Sequence record: NC_020079.1
DNA length: 64,000 nucleotides
Direction: 5' to 3' (one strand)
DNA from: Escherichia phage phAPEC8
In this document: one piece after another, positions 1-9,367 of the stretch
Position numbering within the stretch: the first letter of the stretch is position 1
How the letters are laid out: each line of letters starts with the position of its first letter
Notes under the pieces: model-generated
Database searches by the model: none
Told to the model about the DNA's origin: nothing
Seen by the model: the letters and a program-made list of their open reading frames with translations, nothing else
Position numbers and translations under genes: made by a program

Positions 1-29
1 GGGCGCACCAAGCGCCCTTTCTTTTTATA
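1..29 (+). terminator. Rho-independent terminator (GGGCGCACCAAGCGCCC hairpin + T-run)
   Basis: GC stem-loop followed by TTTCTTTTT; identical copy at 5494-5520. Confidence 0.7.
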
Positions 30-47
30 TGTAGAGGATAAACAAAG

Positions 48-233
48 ATGACTTTAAGCGAGCTTAAAACAGCCTACAACGCAACGTTAAAAATAGCCGT
101 GCGTTACCGTGATGCGTATGGTTTTATCGCGCAGGGCGTGATCCTGGGCTTTTCTGACGATGGTTTGATCTATGTTGATGCACATCATAACAAGGTAAAA
201 CCTGAAAACGTCATTAGCATAAAATATCTTTAA
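48..233 (+). CDS. hypothetical small protein
   Basis: ATG ORF with upstream GAGGA SD-like sequence. Confidence 0.5.
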   Translation: MTLSELKTAYNATLKIAVRYRDAYGFIAQGVILGFSDDGLIYVDAHHNKVKPENVISIKYL

Positions 234-239
234 AAGTGG

Positions 240-268
240 TTGACACCATAACCGGACCTGTTAAACTG
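240..268 (+). promoter_or_regulatory. sigma70-like promoter (TTGACA, 17 bp, TAAACT) followed by GC hairpin
   Basis: -35/-10 hexamers read directly; GGGGAA..TTCCCC stem just downstream. Confidence 0.5.
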
Positions 269-318
269 TATTACATCAGGCGGGGAATAGTTCCCCACCA
301 TACAAAAAGGTAAATATC

Positions 319-525
319 ATGATCACAACAAAACAAGAAAAAATTATTACAGACATTGCCGCAGTAGCCGCTATTGCTATTATTGGTACCTACTATGACA
401 CCGCGCGTCCTTCCTCCTTGCATGAGGTCGCCGCCGTTGCATCAGTTGGCGTGCTGTTTTACGTTGGTAAACGCTATTTATCACCAATGATTAACAAGCT
501 GACACCGTGGAAAAATAAAGGTTGA
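319..525 (+). CDS. small hydrophobic (membrane) protein
   Basis: ORF; Ala/Ile/Val-rich stretches consistent with TM helices. Confidence 0.5.
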   Translation: MITTKQEKIITDIAAVAAIAIIGTYYDTARPSSLHEVAAVASVGVLFYVGKRYLSPMINKLTPWKNKG

Positions 526-576
526 TCCTGTTTTACATTGTGTTATAGTTATCGTGTAGGGCGGCAATGGTGCCGC
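522..576 (+). promoter_or_regulatory. promoter (TTGATC/TATAGT) plus conserved 5' hairpin GTAGGGCGGCAATGGTGCCGC
   Basis: hexamers with 16 bp spacer; 21-nt element repeated at 1787-1807 and 3202-3222. Confidence 0.55.
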
Positions 577-596
577 GCCCCTTTGAGGATGCAATC

Positions 597-881
597 ATGA
601 GTAAAGCTAACACCGTGCTAATGTTTTCCCTGATTAATGATCCCGCTTACTTGTCCAACATGACGCAGGAGGGTGACACATTAACGGCAACATTCACCAA
701 TAAGCTTGACCGAGTGATCATCATCTCACTGAAAACAGTTAGTAAAGGCTTTTACTCGTTAGCTTATCATTGGATCACCGATACCGATGAGACAAGCCAG
801 GACTATAGCGCCCCTTTCCCTGAATCAATGGCACGGGAGATCATCGCCGCCGTTGTAAATGATGGTTTGTTTACTGCATAA
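597..881 (+). CDS. hypothetical protein
   Basis: ORF; start moved to ATG 597 (GAGG SD) because track ATG 567 lies inside the 5' hairpin. Confidence 0.5.
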   Translation: MSKANTVLMFSLINDPAYLSNMTQEGDTLTATFTNKLDRVIIISLKTVSKGFYSLAYHWITDTDETSQDYSAPFPESMAREIIAAVVNDGLFTA

Positions 882-979
882 AATAATTCAGAAAAAGGCT
901 TGCAATCATTTTGGGATAATGTATATTTAATGCATAGGGCGGCGGGAATAGTTCCCAAAGCAAACGAGAGGATTACACG

Positions 980-1099
980 ATGAGCAAGTACACAGTAGAA
1001 TACACGGTAGAAAATCCGGCAGTATCCGAAGGTAAAAAGATGACATTTGCCATCAGTAAAATCGCTTTCGTTGTCACTATCTTATCAATCATCTTATAA
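980..1099 (+). CDS. small hydrophobic protein (39 aa)
   Basis: ATG ORF below track size cutoff, GAGAGG SD upstream, follows promoter+hairpin at 899-957. Confidence 0.4.
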   Translation: MSKYTVEYTVENPAVSEGKKMTFAISKIAFVVTILSIIL

Positions 1100-1109
1100 G
1101 GTGCATACC

Positions 1110-1271
1110 ATGAAAACAGCAGACATTATCAAAGAGATCGCCCTTGCCGCTGACGTTGAGATCGAGGAAGTGATCGCGCTCAATCTTACAGAAAACGATC
1201 TGCGCAACTATGAAGCGGAAAGCGTGAAAGCAAGCGGCGCGGTCCTGGCATATAATCCGGCTAACAAATAG
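1110..1271 (+). CDS. hypothetical small acidic protein
   Basis: internal ATG of track ORF 1047-1271 with AAGGTG SD. Confidence 0.45.
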   Translation: MKTADIIKEIALAADVEIEEVIALNLTENDLRNYEAESVKASGAVLAYNPANK

Positions 1272-1350
1272 TTTGACAAGCTGAATCAACCTGATAAGAT
1301 GTATCACATAGGGGCGACAAGCGCCCCGCCTAACAGAAGAGAGAAAAATC

Positions 1351-1629
1351 ATGACCATCGTTAAATTAACAACCGAAGAAATGAAAACAATGTTAACCAC
1401 TAATTTACAAAATTGGAAAATTGGTGTTGACGTTGAAACAGTGTGCAAGTTGAACGACAAACTAACACCGGACGACATTGAAACGATCATCCGTGCAGAT
1501 TTCTATGATGCTTTATACGATGATTCCACAGTCCTTGAAACGATGTTGGATAACGCTTGGATCAATCCCGATTTGGCGGCTTATGGTCATCTTGCCTTTG
1601 AAGCCATCCATAATGTTTATAATCGTTAA
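1351..1629 (+). CDS. hypothetical protein
   Basis: ORF after promoter (TTGACA 1272-1277) and GC hairpin; SD AGAGAGA. Confidence 0.55.
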   Translation: MTIVKLTTEEMKTMLTTNLQNWKIGVDVETVCKLNDKLTPDDIETIIRADFYDALYDDSTVLETMLDNAWINPDLAAYGHLAFEAIHNVYNR

Positions 1630-1639
1630 GGGGGATAAC

Positions 1640-1750
1640 ATGAATCCGAAAGATATGCAAGCATGGAAAGGGTACGACGATCTAAGCGCCTTGCGCAATA
1701 AGTCAAGCCGTAACCTTAGACGGTTGGAAGCAAAGAAAAAGAAAAAATAG
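1640..1750 (+). CDS. small basic protein (36 aa)
   Basis: ATG with strong SD AAGGGGGA; C-terminal part of track ORF 1478-1750. Confidence 0.4.
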   Translation: MNPKDMQAWKGYDDLSALRNKSSRNLRRLEAKKKKK

Positions 1751-1751
1751 T

Positions 1752-1807
1752 TTGACAAGTCCGCGTAGTCTGGTAATATGTATCTTGTAGGGCGGCAATG
1801 GTGCCGC
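1752..1807 (+). promoter_or_regulatory. promoter (TTGACA, 16 bp, TAATAT) plus conserved 5' hairpin GTAGGGCGGCAATGGTGCCGC
   Basis: hexamers and hairpin read directly. Confidence 0.6.
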
Positions 1808-1828
1808 TCACAAGAAGAGAGAAAAATC

Positions 1829-2113
1829 ATGAAAATCACAAAAAGCCTGACTAATTATGCAGCACGTCGCGGATTATGTTTAACCGTTGAAAACTTAGGG
1901 AAAGAAGACTTTTTGTGTTTTTGGGAGCTTGAAAATGATTGCGAATGGATGTTTTCTTATTCTATCTGCGAAGATCAAAACGGTTGTTTGTTAACCTGGC
2001 GCGGTAATATCTATTTACCGGAAGAAATTAAAGAAGAGCTACCAGGTACGATCATGACAGAGAGACAGCTTAAGGAAGTGATCAATTTTGTAGGGCAAAA
2101 CATTAAAAAATAA
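1829..2113 (+). CDS. hypothetical Cys-rich protein
   Basis: ATG with same leader (AGAAGAGAGAAAAATC) as gene at 1351. Confidence 0.5.
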   Translation: MKITKSLTNYAARRGLCLTVENLGKEDFLCFWELENDCEWMFSYSICEDQNGCLLTWRGNIYLPEEIKEELPGTIMTERQLKEVINFVGQNIKK

Positions 2114-2198
2114 TTTGACAGCAGGCAAACAACGTAGTAAAGTTTATTACATAGAGCGGCGGAATGGTCCACCGCTCACAACAGAAGAGAAACAAATC

Positions 2199-2369
2199 AT
2201 GATCCCGACTATGTTTTATGTATCGCGCAAAGGTCACAATATTTTTTGGTCTGAAGATTTAAATGAAGCTATGACGTTTGCCCGTGATCGTGTTGCTATC
2301 GGTGGCGTTAACATCACTGTAACCGATGAAAACGGTATTGAATACTATAACGGCGACGATGAAGAATAA
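2199..2369 (+). CDS. hypothetical small protein
   Basis: internal ATG of track ORF 2115-2369 after promoter/hairpin, conserved leader. Confidence 0.45.
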   Translation: MIPTMFYVSRKGHNIFWSEDLNEAMTFARDRVAIGGVNITVTDENGIEYYNGDDEE

Positions 2370-2446
2370 TTAATGAGGCGGGGGAGTATTCCCCGCCGTC
2401 AATAGGGCGGGGCAATAAGGCAACGCCCACTAATGAGGGTAAAATC

Positions 2447-2551
2447 ATGTTAGAGAAAATTTTCACGGTTGCAGTGGTTGGCCTGGCGTTATCGGTTGGA
2501 GTAGTTGCAACTATGGCTAACATGATCCTATCTTCCCACGGTATCGGTTAA
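2447..2551 (+). CDS. small hydrophobic peptide (34 aa)
   Basis: ATG ORF below cutoff; SD GAGGG; single TM-like segment. Confidence 0.35.
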   Translation: MLEKIFTVAVVGLALSVGVVATMANMILSSHGIG

Positions 2552-2561
2552 GGTGAAACAA

Positions 2562-2777
2562 ATGATCACGAACAAAACAGGCAAAACGGAATTTTTACGC
2601 GGCTTACAAGTTGGTAAACCTGAGATCTGGCATTGCACGAAGTCCGCGCATAACGAAATGAAAGATTTCACCGCTACTTTACAACGTGTTAAAATATCTA
2701 TTACGCAGAAAAAAGCCTTATTAGTAGTAGAAAACGAGATCCCGCAAACTATTATTATTGTCGAGCGTACAGCATGA
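2562..2777 (+). CDS. hypothetical protein
   Basis: track ORF 2553-2777; ATG 2562 preferred over GTG 2553. Confidence 0.45.
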   Translation: MITNKTGKTEFLRGLQVGKPEIWHCTKSAHNEMKDFTATLQRVKISITQKKALLVVENEIPQTIIIVERTA

Positions 2778-3160
2778 AAACAGAAATCATTATTGAAATC
2801 ATCAACGGCTATAAAGAAGCCTTTATTTTTGCTGAATCAGCAAGGGATCATGAAGGTAATTTTATTGATAACTTAGACGATTATGATTTTTCTCCTAGTG
2901 CGGATCAACGGATCGCCCAGGATGTAACAGCCTTTATTAATGCTAATCTTGCCGCTATCTCTGAGGCAATGAGCGACGGCGCAACAGCCAACCAGATCGG
3001 GAATGATTTACATTTTACCCGTAACAGTCACGGCGTAGGCTTTTGGGATCGCCCTGAAATATACACCACTAACACGGCGAACCGCCTAACCAATGCAGCT
3101 AAGTTTATGCCGAACGTGTCGGCTTACATTGGTGAAGATAATTTGATTTATATTGAATAA
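2774..3160 (+). CDS. hypothetical protein
   Basis: ORF, ATGA overlap with upstream gene. Confidence 0.5.
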   Translation: MKTEIIIEIINGYKEAFIFAESARDHEGNFIDNLDDYDFSPSADQRIAQDVTAFINANLAAISEAMSDGATANQIGNDLHFTRNSHGVGFWDRPEIYTTNTANRLTNAAKFMPNVSAYIGEDNLIYIE

Positions 3161-3166
3161 AAAGTA

Positions 3167-3222
3167 TTGACACAGATCGCCAGTGTGCTAATATTTACCA
3201 CGTAGGGCGGCAATGGTGCCGC
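3167..3222 (+). promoter_or_regulatory. promoter (TTGACA/TAATAT) plus conserved 5' hairpin GTAGGGCGGCAATGGTGCCGC
   Basis: third exact copy of the 21-nt hairpin element. Confidence 0.6.
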
Positions 3223-3241
3223 CGATAATGAGGAAAATAAA

Positions 3242-3541
3242 ATGGAAACTATCGCTATTGTTACCGTAGAAAAACTGGTTGTTGGTGATGTATTCGCGTT
3301 AATGGTACCTAACAGCAGCAAGCTGGGCGCTTATGAAGTGATGGATCATAAAAATGAATCATTTGGCGACGGTTGCACAATGGCGGTAAAATCCTTAAAG
3401 GATGGAATCATCCGTCAAGCTAATTGGCACAAAGGGAATCAAGTCGGATTAATATCAGCTAATTTCTTGCCAGAACAGCAAACGTTAGACCAACTATCAG
3501 GCGGTAAGACGTTAGCCGAACTACTGGAAACAGCGATCTAA
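3242..3541 (+). CDS. hypothetical protein
   Basis: ORF with SD GAGGAAAA. Confidence 0.55.
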   Translation: METIAIVTVEKLVVGDVFALMVPNSSKLGAYEVMDHKNESFGDGCTMAVKSLKDGIIRQANWHKGNQVGLISANFLPEQQTLDQLSGGKTLAELLETAI

Positions 3542-3585
3542 TCAACAAAGGGGCGGCAACGCCCCACATCAGAAAGGAAAAGATT

Positions 3586-3822
3586 ATGAGTATTGCAACA
3601 GTATTAACCGCCGTTAAAACCGCTGAATCATCCGGCTTGCATGTTGAGCTTATAGATCAACCAGGTGGCGATCTCCTTGTCCAGGTTTACCCGCCGAAAG
3701 TAGGGGATGATCATTATTGGTGTTATTCTGATACGTTCGAACAAGTAGACACGAAAGCGATCACAGCCTTTATTTTAAAAGCCGTTGAAGAAAATAACTT
3801 TCATTATAACATCAATCAATAA
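3586..3822 (+). CDS. hypothetical protein
   Basis: ORF preceded by GGGGCGGCAACGCCCC hairpin and A-rich SD. Confidence 0.5.
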   Translation: MSIATVLTAVKTAESSGLHVELIDQPGGDLLVQVYPPKVGDDHYWCYSDTFEQVDTKAITAFILKAVEENNFHYNINQ

Positions 3823-3876
3823 ACCATAAGCAGGGCGGTAACGCCCCATTAAACGCAATAGGAAGAGGATAGACGC

Positions 3877-4161
3877 ATGAAAAAGATGATCGCAGTAGTT
3901 GCCCTGGTTGTTGGTATTAACGCGCCTACACTGGCTAATGAGTTGCCAGAATCCATCACGCTAACCGACATCAACGCAGTGAATCGGATCGGTGTTAATT
4001 ATCGCCTATGCCTTGCCGCTAAAACTTTCCAGGACGGCACGACAGAGTACTACGGATTCGAGGGTATCCGCTGCGGTGAGCTTGCACGCGACCTTAAGGA
4101 AGATCCAGACCTTGAGGCCATACCGATGACCGTAAACGGTAAAGCCCACGTAAACCGCTAA
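3877..4161 (+). CDS. secreted/periplasmic small protein
   Basis: N-terminal signal-peptide-like MKKMIAVVALVVGINAPTLA. Confidence 0.55.
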   Translation: MKKMIAVVALVVGINAPTLANELPESITLTDINAVNRIGVNYRLCLAAKTFQDGTTEYYGFEGIRCGELARDLKEDPDLEAIPMTVNGKAHVNR

Positions 4162-4163
4162 CC

Positions 4164-4298
4164 ATGAGAAAGGTAATCATCACAATGGGGATCGTAGTAG
4201 CAACGCTGGCGCTTATCCCTTTCATGGTTGAACATGTGCTGATCAGTGTTGTCCTTGTAGTCAGTGACCTATTGGAAACGGTTGGCACCTGGTTTTAA
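4164..4298 (+). CDS. small membrane peptide (44 aa)
   Basis: ATG ORF below cutoff; hydrophobic; terminator-like hairpin + T-run at about 4307-4332. Confidence 0.35.
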   Translation: MRKVIITMGIVVATLALIPFMVEHVLISVVLVVSDLLETVGTWF

Positions 4299-4550
4299 GA
4301 TAATAAATAGGGCTTGCAATAGTCCTATTTTTTGTTATACTTGTTGAACGGGCGGCACCTGGGAGCAGGGGAAGATAATCACCGGAAGACTCCGCTATAT
4401 ATTGATAACTAACGCCTATCAAACAACAAAACATCAAAGTAACAAACTATCAAATCTTTACAATTCCACCTATTGACACCGGATCACGCTTACACTATTA
4501 TTTATCACGTAGGGCGAGCAATACAGCAAGCCCACAAAGAGGAAAATAAA

Positions 4551-4919
4551 ATGAGCAAATCAGCAATTAAAGCACTTGAAAAAGCACAAAAAGTGATCGC
4601 CACTTCCACCACTGGCACAAGTATTAATCTGGTCGCTTACTTGGAAGATGAAACTATCCGTAAAAATTGGCGTAATGCTGATTTACTGGCTTGCTTGTTG
4701 ATTAATAGTGTCGCTAATGCTTTCCAGTGTGAAACAGCCGAGAGCCTAGAACAAAACTTGTTCGATAATATGGACCAAGCAATTGAAACATATATCCAAT
4801 CTAATTTGGACAGCTGGAACAGTAAAACATGGCCTGACAGCTTACGCGATACAACTGATCAACTGATCCGCCTTGCCCTGATGGTTGAACGCGATAACGT
4901 TTACAACAGCACAAAGTAA
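4551..4919 (+). CDS. hypothetical protein
   Basis: internal ATG with SD AGAGGAAAA; track ATG 4473 lies inside the TTGACA promoter. Confidence 0.5.
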   Translation: MSKSAIKALEKAQKVIATSTTGTSINLVAYLEDETIRKNWRNADLLACLLINSVANAFQCETAESLEQNLFDNMDQAIETYIQSNLDSWNSKTWPDSLRDTTDQLIRLALMVERDNVYNSTK

Positions 4920-5058
4920 GATTATACAAGGGCGCACTAAGCGCCCTTTAACGTAAAGAAATGTAAATAATGCGCTATTCCCTATTGACAGGGGATCGGC
5001 GTTATATTATATTTAACTCACTGGCAGCAAACAACGAAACGAAACAAAGGACAACACC

Positions 5059-5478
5059 ATGAACATTAAATCAAATAATCCGGCTTACTCCTTCGATAAC
5101 GCTTTTTGTCACGGTAGCGCCGCCAAAGGCTTCGAAATCGATGGTAAATTGGTTATCGTGAACGTTGACGGGGAAGAGGTTGCAGTATATCCGGTAAACG
5201 ATGTTAAAAGCCGTTTACAATGCCGCATGGATGTTACCGCATATCAGCTTGATCCGATCCGTGTAGTTGCCCTGGTATTAGAGGAAGAGATCAAAGCAAT
5301 GCATCACAGCAATAAGTTTATTGGTGACGCGCAGGATAATATGAACGTTTGCCGCCATAAAGTTAATGAAGCACTGAAAGAATGCGGTTTTAAGGATCTG
5401 ATGATCAAACGTGATGAAAAATTCCGCTTTCGTAATGACCTGGCAAACCGGATCTACTCAATCTATGAAGCGTTATAA
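5059..5478 (+). CDS. hypothetical protein
   Basis: ORF after promoter TTGACA 4985-4990. Confidence 0.55.
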   Translation: MNIKSNNPAYSFDNAFCHGSAAKGFEIDGKLVIVNVDGEEVAVYPVNDVKSRLQCRMDVTAYQLDPIRVVALVLEEEIKAMHHSNKFIGDAQDNMNVCRHKVNEALKECGFKDLMIKRDEKFRFRNDLANRIYSIYEAL

Positions 5479-5493
5479 TTGACAACAAAACAA

Positions 5494-5520
5494 GGGGCGC
5501 ACCAAGCGCCCTTTCTTTTT
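5494..5520 (+). terminator. Rho-independent terminator, identical to 1-29
   Basis: GGGCGCACCAAGCGCCC + TTTCTTTTT. Confidence 0.7.
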
Positions 5521-7020
5521 GCCCGAACAATGTTGATAGCTTTCGCCTATGAAAAACCGACACAGAACAAAATTGAATAAATCGCGGTATCGAGCTAATC
5601 AACCATTAAACGAATAACCATACCTCCCAGGGTAACAGGCTGTTAGAGAGCCATTTAAAGCGGTTAAAATCGATCAACAACCAACAACAAACCATCAAAA
5701 ACACCCTTTTACCTCCTTTCTAGTGCAATGATAACCATTATCATCTATCCATGTTTATCTATGCAATATAAGTGCATAACTATAATGTTGATAATAGTTC
5801 GCAACAACTAACTAACCAACAACCTAAAACAATAAGCAAACTAATCATAATCAAAGGAATAATAGCAAGATGATTGATAACGACAAACAATCAAACCATG
5901 ATGAATACTAAGCAAGATAACGATAACACGACAAAACAACCAACTAACGAACAATAACAAACGAAACCATTAAAATAACAACTATTAGCAAAATAGTGCC
6001 TGAATGAAATCATTACAAAACGAATCATTCACAGGATCATCATTAGCACGCTATGCCGGACACATAGCGAGCTAATAATAAGCCAACTACACCCCAACAA
6101 TCATAACCATCGGTGATGGTTATTTCTTGTTACTGCGTAGCTTGCAATAATTGCAAGCGTAATTACGCTTACACTTATTGCGCTGGCTTATTATTAGCAT
6201 TATATGTAATTACCAAGATCATAACATTAGCGCAATAACAATAATCATTGTGGTAATTACAAGATGAGATCATTAGCAAGATGAATAATTGCACGTAGCA
6301 ACATGAGCGAATAGCGACAGGTTGCATAGTGTGCACATAGTGTATAAACATACAAGAAAATAAAGGCTAATCTTTTGGGGGCGAATACTATCGCGTAGCG
6401 ATATGTTGAGCACCTTCTCTTAAACGTAAATAAAATCAGAATAATCTTGATTTATTTTAGTTTTTATGTTAATAAACGTTTAAATAATAATCATTCTCAT
6501 ATAAATAATAGTCCGTTTGTCATGAGCGGGATTAGTTGACAGTGTTCCGTCATATGATGAAGTTGCCAACCCCTTGATAAATAAGCCTTTGTGTGATTTA
6601 TAATCAAGTGGCCCACCTTGTCGCTACGTTGGCATGAAGCTTGCATAAGTCATTGAATACGAATGATAATTATTCTCATTCGCATGATATTTGGGAATTG
6701 TCGCTGCGTGGACCTGACGGCCCGAAAATTCGCGTTAAGCACTTCTTACGTATACGCCATGATTTTTGCCATATGATATTGATTCTATTAGATATTCTTG
6801 CCATGATTGCCATGAAACAGGGTGTCCCGAAATAATCTCTCCCCGTAGATATTTTGGGTTACTTTTTATACAAGAGTGGGGTGTCAAAAATAATCGGTAT
6901 ATATGGGATAATTGATAGGAATCCCCTATGATAATTCGATTGTAATTCCCTAAGATTGATCGTATGATGTTGGTGATTGATGATTGCCATGAAAGATGGC
7001 TAACGATGAGAGGAGATTAT
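5521..7020. other. ORF-poor, A+C-skewed, palindrome-rich non-coding region
   Basis: no credible ORF; CAACAA-type low complexity; palindromes GCGTAATTACGC, TTGCAATAATTGCAA; repeated CATTAGCA and TTGCCATGA motifs. Confidence 0.6.
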
Positions 7021-7021
7021 C

Positions 7022-7366
7022 ATGCAAGAGAGTAAAAATGTTCCGTTGAGTAGTTTACGTCTAATGAAGTTTTACAAAGCTTGGCTTGCTGGTGAGGTAG
7101 AAGGTCACACAACGAGTGGCTTGTGCATATGTTTGATTAAGTATGTAGAGGGAACATATCCTGATGAACTGTTACCTCGTCTACAACAGGAGATGAAATC
7201 ACAGTTTATTGGTGCAGGACTGGATTACAATTTCCCGTTTAATGAAGGTGGTTATGAGGAATACACCTTCGAACATAAAAAACATATTTGCCATAAAAAC
7301 AAACATCGTATACAATGGGTGCTAGATAGAATTCAAGATTACGAAGGAGAGAAAAATGACAAATAG
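7022..7366 (+). CDS. paralog family A member 1 (FY..W / GLC / GL..PFN / R..WV.DR motifs)
   Basis: ORF with SD; shared motifs with six other ORFs. Confidence 0.6.
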   Translation: MQESKNVPLSSLRLMKFYKAWLAGEVEGHTTSGLCICLIKYVEGTYPDELLPRLQQEMKSQFIGAGLDYNFPFNEGGYEEYTFEHKKHICHKNKHRIQWVLDRIQDYEGEKNDK

Positions 7367-7724
7367 TATTCCGTTGAGCAGTGCAACATTGCTTCGCTTC
7401 TATAAAGCATGGATTGCCAACTATCCTGCAATGAATCGCACAACGAGTGGCTTATGTGGTTGTCTGGTAGATTATGTAGATGATTTTGTTGGTGAGACAA
7501 CTAGAGAAGAAGATAGAAGATGGCGGGATAGTTTGTTGGACCGTTTGAAATATGAAATGAGGAAACAATTTACATGTGCAGGGCTGGACTATAATCTTCC
7601 GTTCAATGCAGATTGCATGGATTACCTTTCAGAGTGTATAAACTTGGCGTGTCATACCAACACGTTACGTCTTCAATGGGTGAAAGACAGAATTGAAGAT
7701 GCAAATAATGCTTGCATTGAATAA
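7356..7724 (+). CDS. paralog family A member 2
   Basis: LLRFYKAWI, SGLCGCL, AGLDYNLPFN, RLQWVKDRI. Confidence 0.6.
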   Translation: MTNSIPLSSATLLRFYKAWIANYPAMNRTTSGLCGCLVDYVDDFVGETTREEDRRWRDSLLDRLKYEMRKQFTCAGLDYNLPFNADCMDYLSECINLACHTNTLRLQWVKDRIEDANNACIE

Positions 7725-7773
7725 AAATGTCTGTATAGTGGATGACATAACAGATAGCCAATGAGGAGATGAA

Positions 7774-7983
7774 ATGAAGAATTTGAAAACTGTCACAATG
7801 TTCTTGACTGATCCTACACGTGTGCAAGCACTGGCTAAAGCCAGCCGTGTAGCTGTAGAATTCCAAAACTTTAAGCCGTCCGTTGTGACAGGCAGTGAAA
7901 CGTGTGTTATCGATTTCATTAACGAATACTTCCGAGGGAATCCGGTTAGTCGTTACTTCATTAAGGGTCTGAAGGATGCATAA
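7774..7983 (+). CDS. hypothetical protein
   Basis: ORF with SD GAGGAG. Confidence 0.5.
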   Translation: MKNLKTVTMFLTDPTRVQALAKASRVAVEFQNFKPSVVTGSETCVIDFINEYFRGNPVSRYFIKGLKDA

Positions 7984-7984
7984 T

Positions 7985-8206
7985 ATGAAACGCATGAAAA
8001 TTCGTATTGAGAATGATGGTGGTTATAAAGGATTGGCACATGCAAAATTTCCACTTGTGTTGGAAGCTACGGTGGAATACAGTGGGCTTGCTCATGTGCG
8101 ATTCTCGAAGATGATGGAAGTGCAGGAATGGTTTTGGGACGAGATAGATGCACGAGAAGGAGAAGATTATGTTTTCTTTCCTCACGAATATAACATTGTC
8201 TATTAA
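7985..8206 (+). CDS. paralog family B member 1 (W.W..E...G.DYVFF motif)
   Basis: C-terminal motif shared with 11486-11707; second ATG chosen to avoid overlap. Confidence 0.5.
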   Translation: MKRMKIRIENDGGYKGLAHAKFPLVLEATVEYSGLAHVRFSKMMEVQEWFWDEIDAREGEDYVFFPHEYNIVY

Positions 8207-8209
8207 AGG

Positions 8210-8458
8210 TTGTGTGCAATGATCACACCACAACAGAATGAAGCCGCAATGGATCTTCTTGATAGTTTGTATTTCGATAATTGGTACTCTGAATGTGAAT
8301 GGATGAATATGCAAACTCTGAAAGAGAAGACAAAAGCGTTGATTACAGTAGATCAATTTCTTGCAGAGACGGAAAGAATGAATTATGATATGGCATCTCG
8401 CGCACGACGCGTTTCCATTTTCAATAAAATGTTAGCATTATGGGGAGGTAGAAAATGA
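8210..8458 (+). CDS. hypothetical protein
   Basis: ORF tiling. Confidence 0.5.
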   Translation: MCAMITPQQNEAAMDLLDSLYFDNWYSECEWMNMQTLKEKTKALITVDQFLAETERMNYDMASRARRVSIFNKMLALWGGRK

Positions 8459-8916
8459 GACAACTATCTATACTAGAAGCGCATGTGCAATGTGTTGTAG
8501 ATTATGTCAAAGAACACTCAAGTTTGTTGAATGTAACCTGTGCAGTGCAAAACGATGTAGGTATTGTCTGTGTGCAACATATCTTATCTGAAACTCGTTA
8601 TGAAGTATTTCGTGCCACGTTGTTTGGATGTGATCGAGTACATGTAAACTTCCTGGACTCCAATTATCGTTATGCTTTAGAAAATATTGATGATTATCTT
8701 CCTTGCTCTCCGACAGGATATGTAATGGTAACAGCAAACGAAGTAACGCCAAACAACAGTGAGCAGGAAGCTTTGTTACGGAAGAAAATACGCCAACTAC
8801 AAGTGTTGAATGAACTGAAAGAAGAGATTGAAAAAGAACTAAAAGAAGATTTTGGTATGCTTCCAAAAGACGCTTTGAAATGGTATGATGAACTAGGAGG
8901 AGAGAACAATGTTTAA
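8455..8916 (+). CDS. hypothetical protein
   Basis: ORF, ATGA overlap, SD GGGGAGG. Confidence 0.55.
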   Translation: MRQLSILEAHVQCVVDYVKEHSSLLNVTCAVQNDVGIVCVQHILSETRYEVFRATLFGCDRVHVNFLDSNYRYALENIDDYLPCSPTGYVMVTANEVTPNNSEQEALLRKKIRQLQVLNELKEEIEKELKEDFGMLPKDALKWYDELGGENNV

Positions 8917-9358
8917 AGAAGGTCATGTCTACCGTTTCCAGGATGAGGATTATATGCGATTATATTCTACCTTTGATAACAGCATTGCTGCTATCATTGG
9001 AGAGAATTTTTTCGAGGTGTTGAGCACTGATACAAATGGTAATATCTTGTCAATGGTTGTGATAGGTATGAGAGACGGTATTATCACTGCTGGTGATGGG
9101 GATCGTTACATAATCAATTCGGCTCATATAGATTATTTTGTTGACGGTGGTGGTCGTGGAAAACCTCAAGAAGAACCCGCAGTGAATTTTAAACACTATG
9201 CTATTGTTAAAGGTATGAATGTCCAACTGGTGTCACATTCTTACGAAGAGATCGCCACAGAAGCAAAAAAGATGAAGGAAGAATACCCAATTTCTACTGT
9301 TGAGATCTATGAGCGTATTGGTGTTGTTAGTATTGAGCCTACTGCGGTAATAAAATAA
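8909..9358 (+). CDS. hypothetical protein
   Basis: ORF, SD GGAGGAG. Confidence 0.55.
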   Translation: MFKEGHVYRFQDEDYMRLYSTFDNSIAAIIGENFFEVLSTDTNGNILSMVVIGMRDGIITAGDGDRYIINSAHIDYFVDGGGRGKPQEEPAVNFKHYAIVKGMNVQLVSHSYEEIATEAKKMKEEYPISTVEIYERIGVVSIEPTAVIK

Positions 9359-9367
9359 GGAGTTATT

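Noticed and set aside
1089-1490. 133-aa minus-strand ORF overlapping the plus-strand early genes
   Set aside because: Antisense to several promoter-driven plus-strand genes, no ribosome-binding site, low-complexity composition
6641-6835. 64-aa ORF inside the non-coding 5521-7020 region
   Set aside because: No ribosome-binding site, sits within repeat-rich DNA; likely chance ORF
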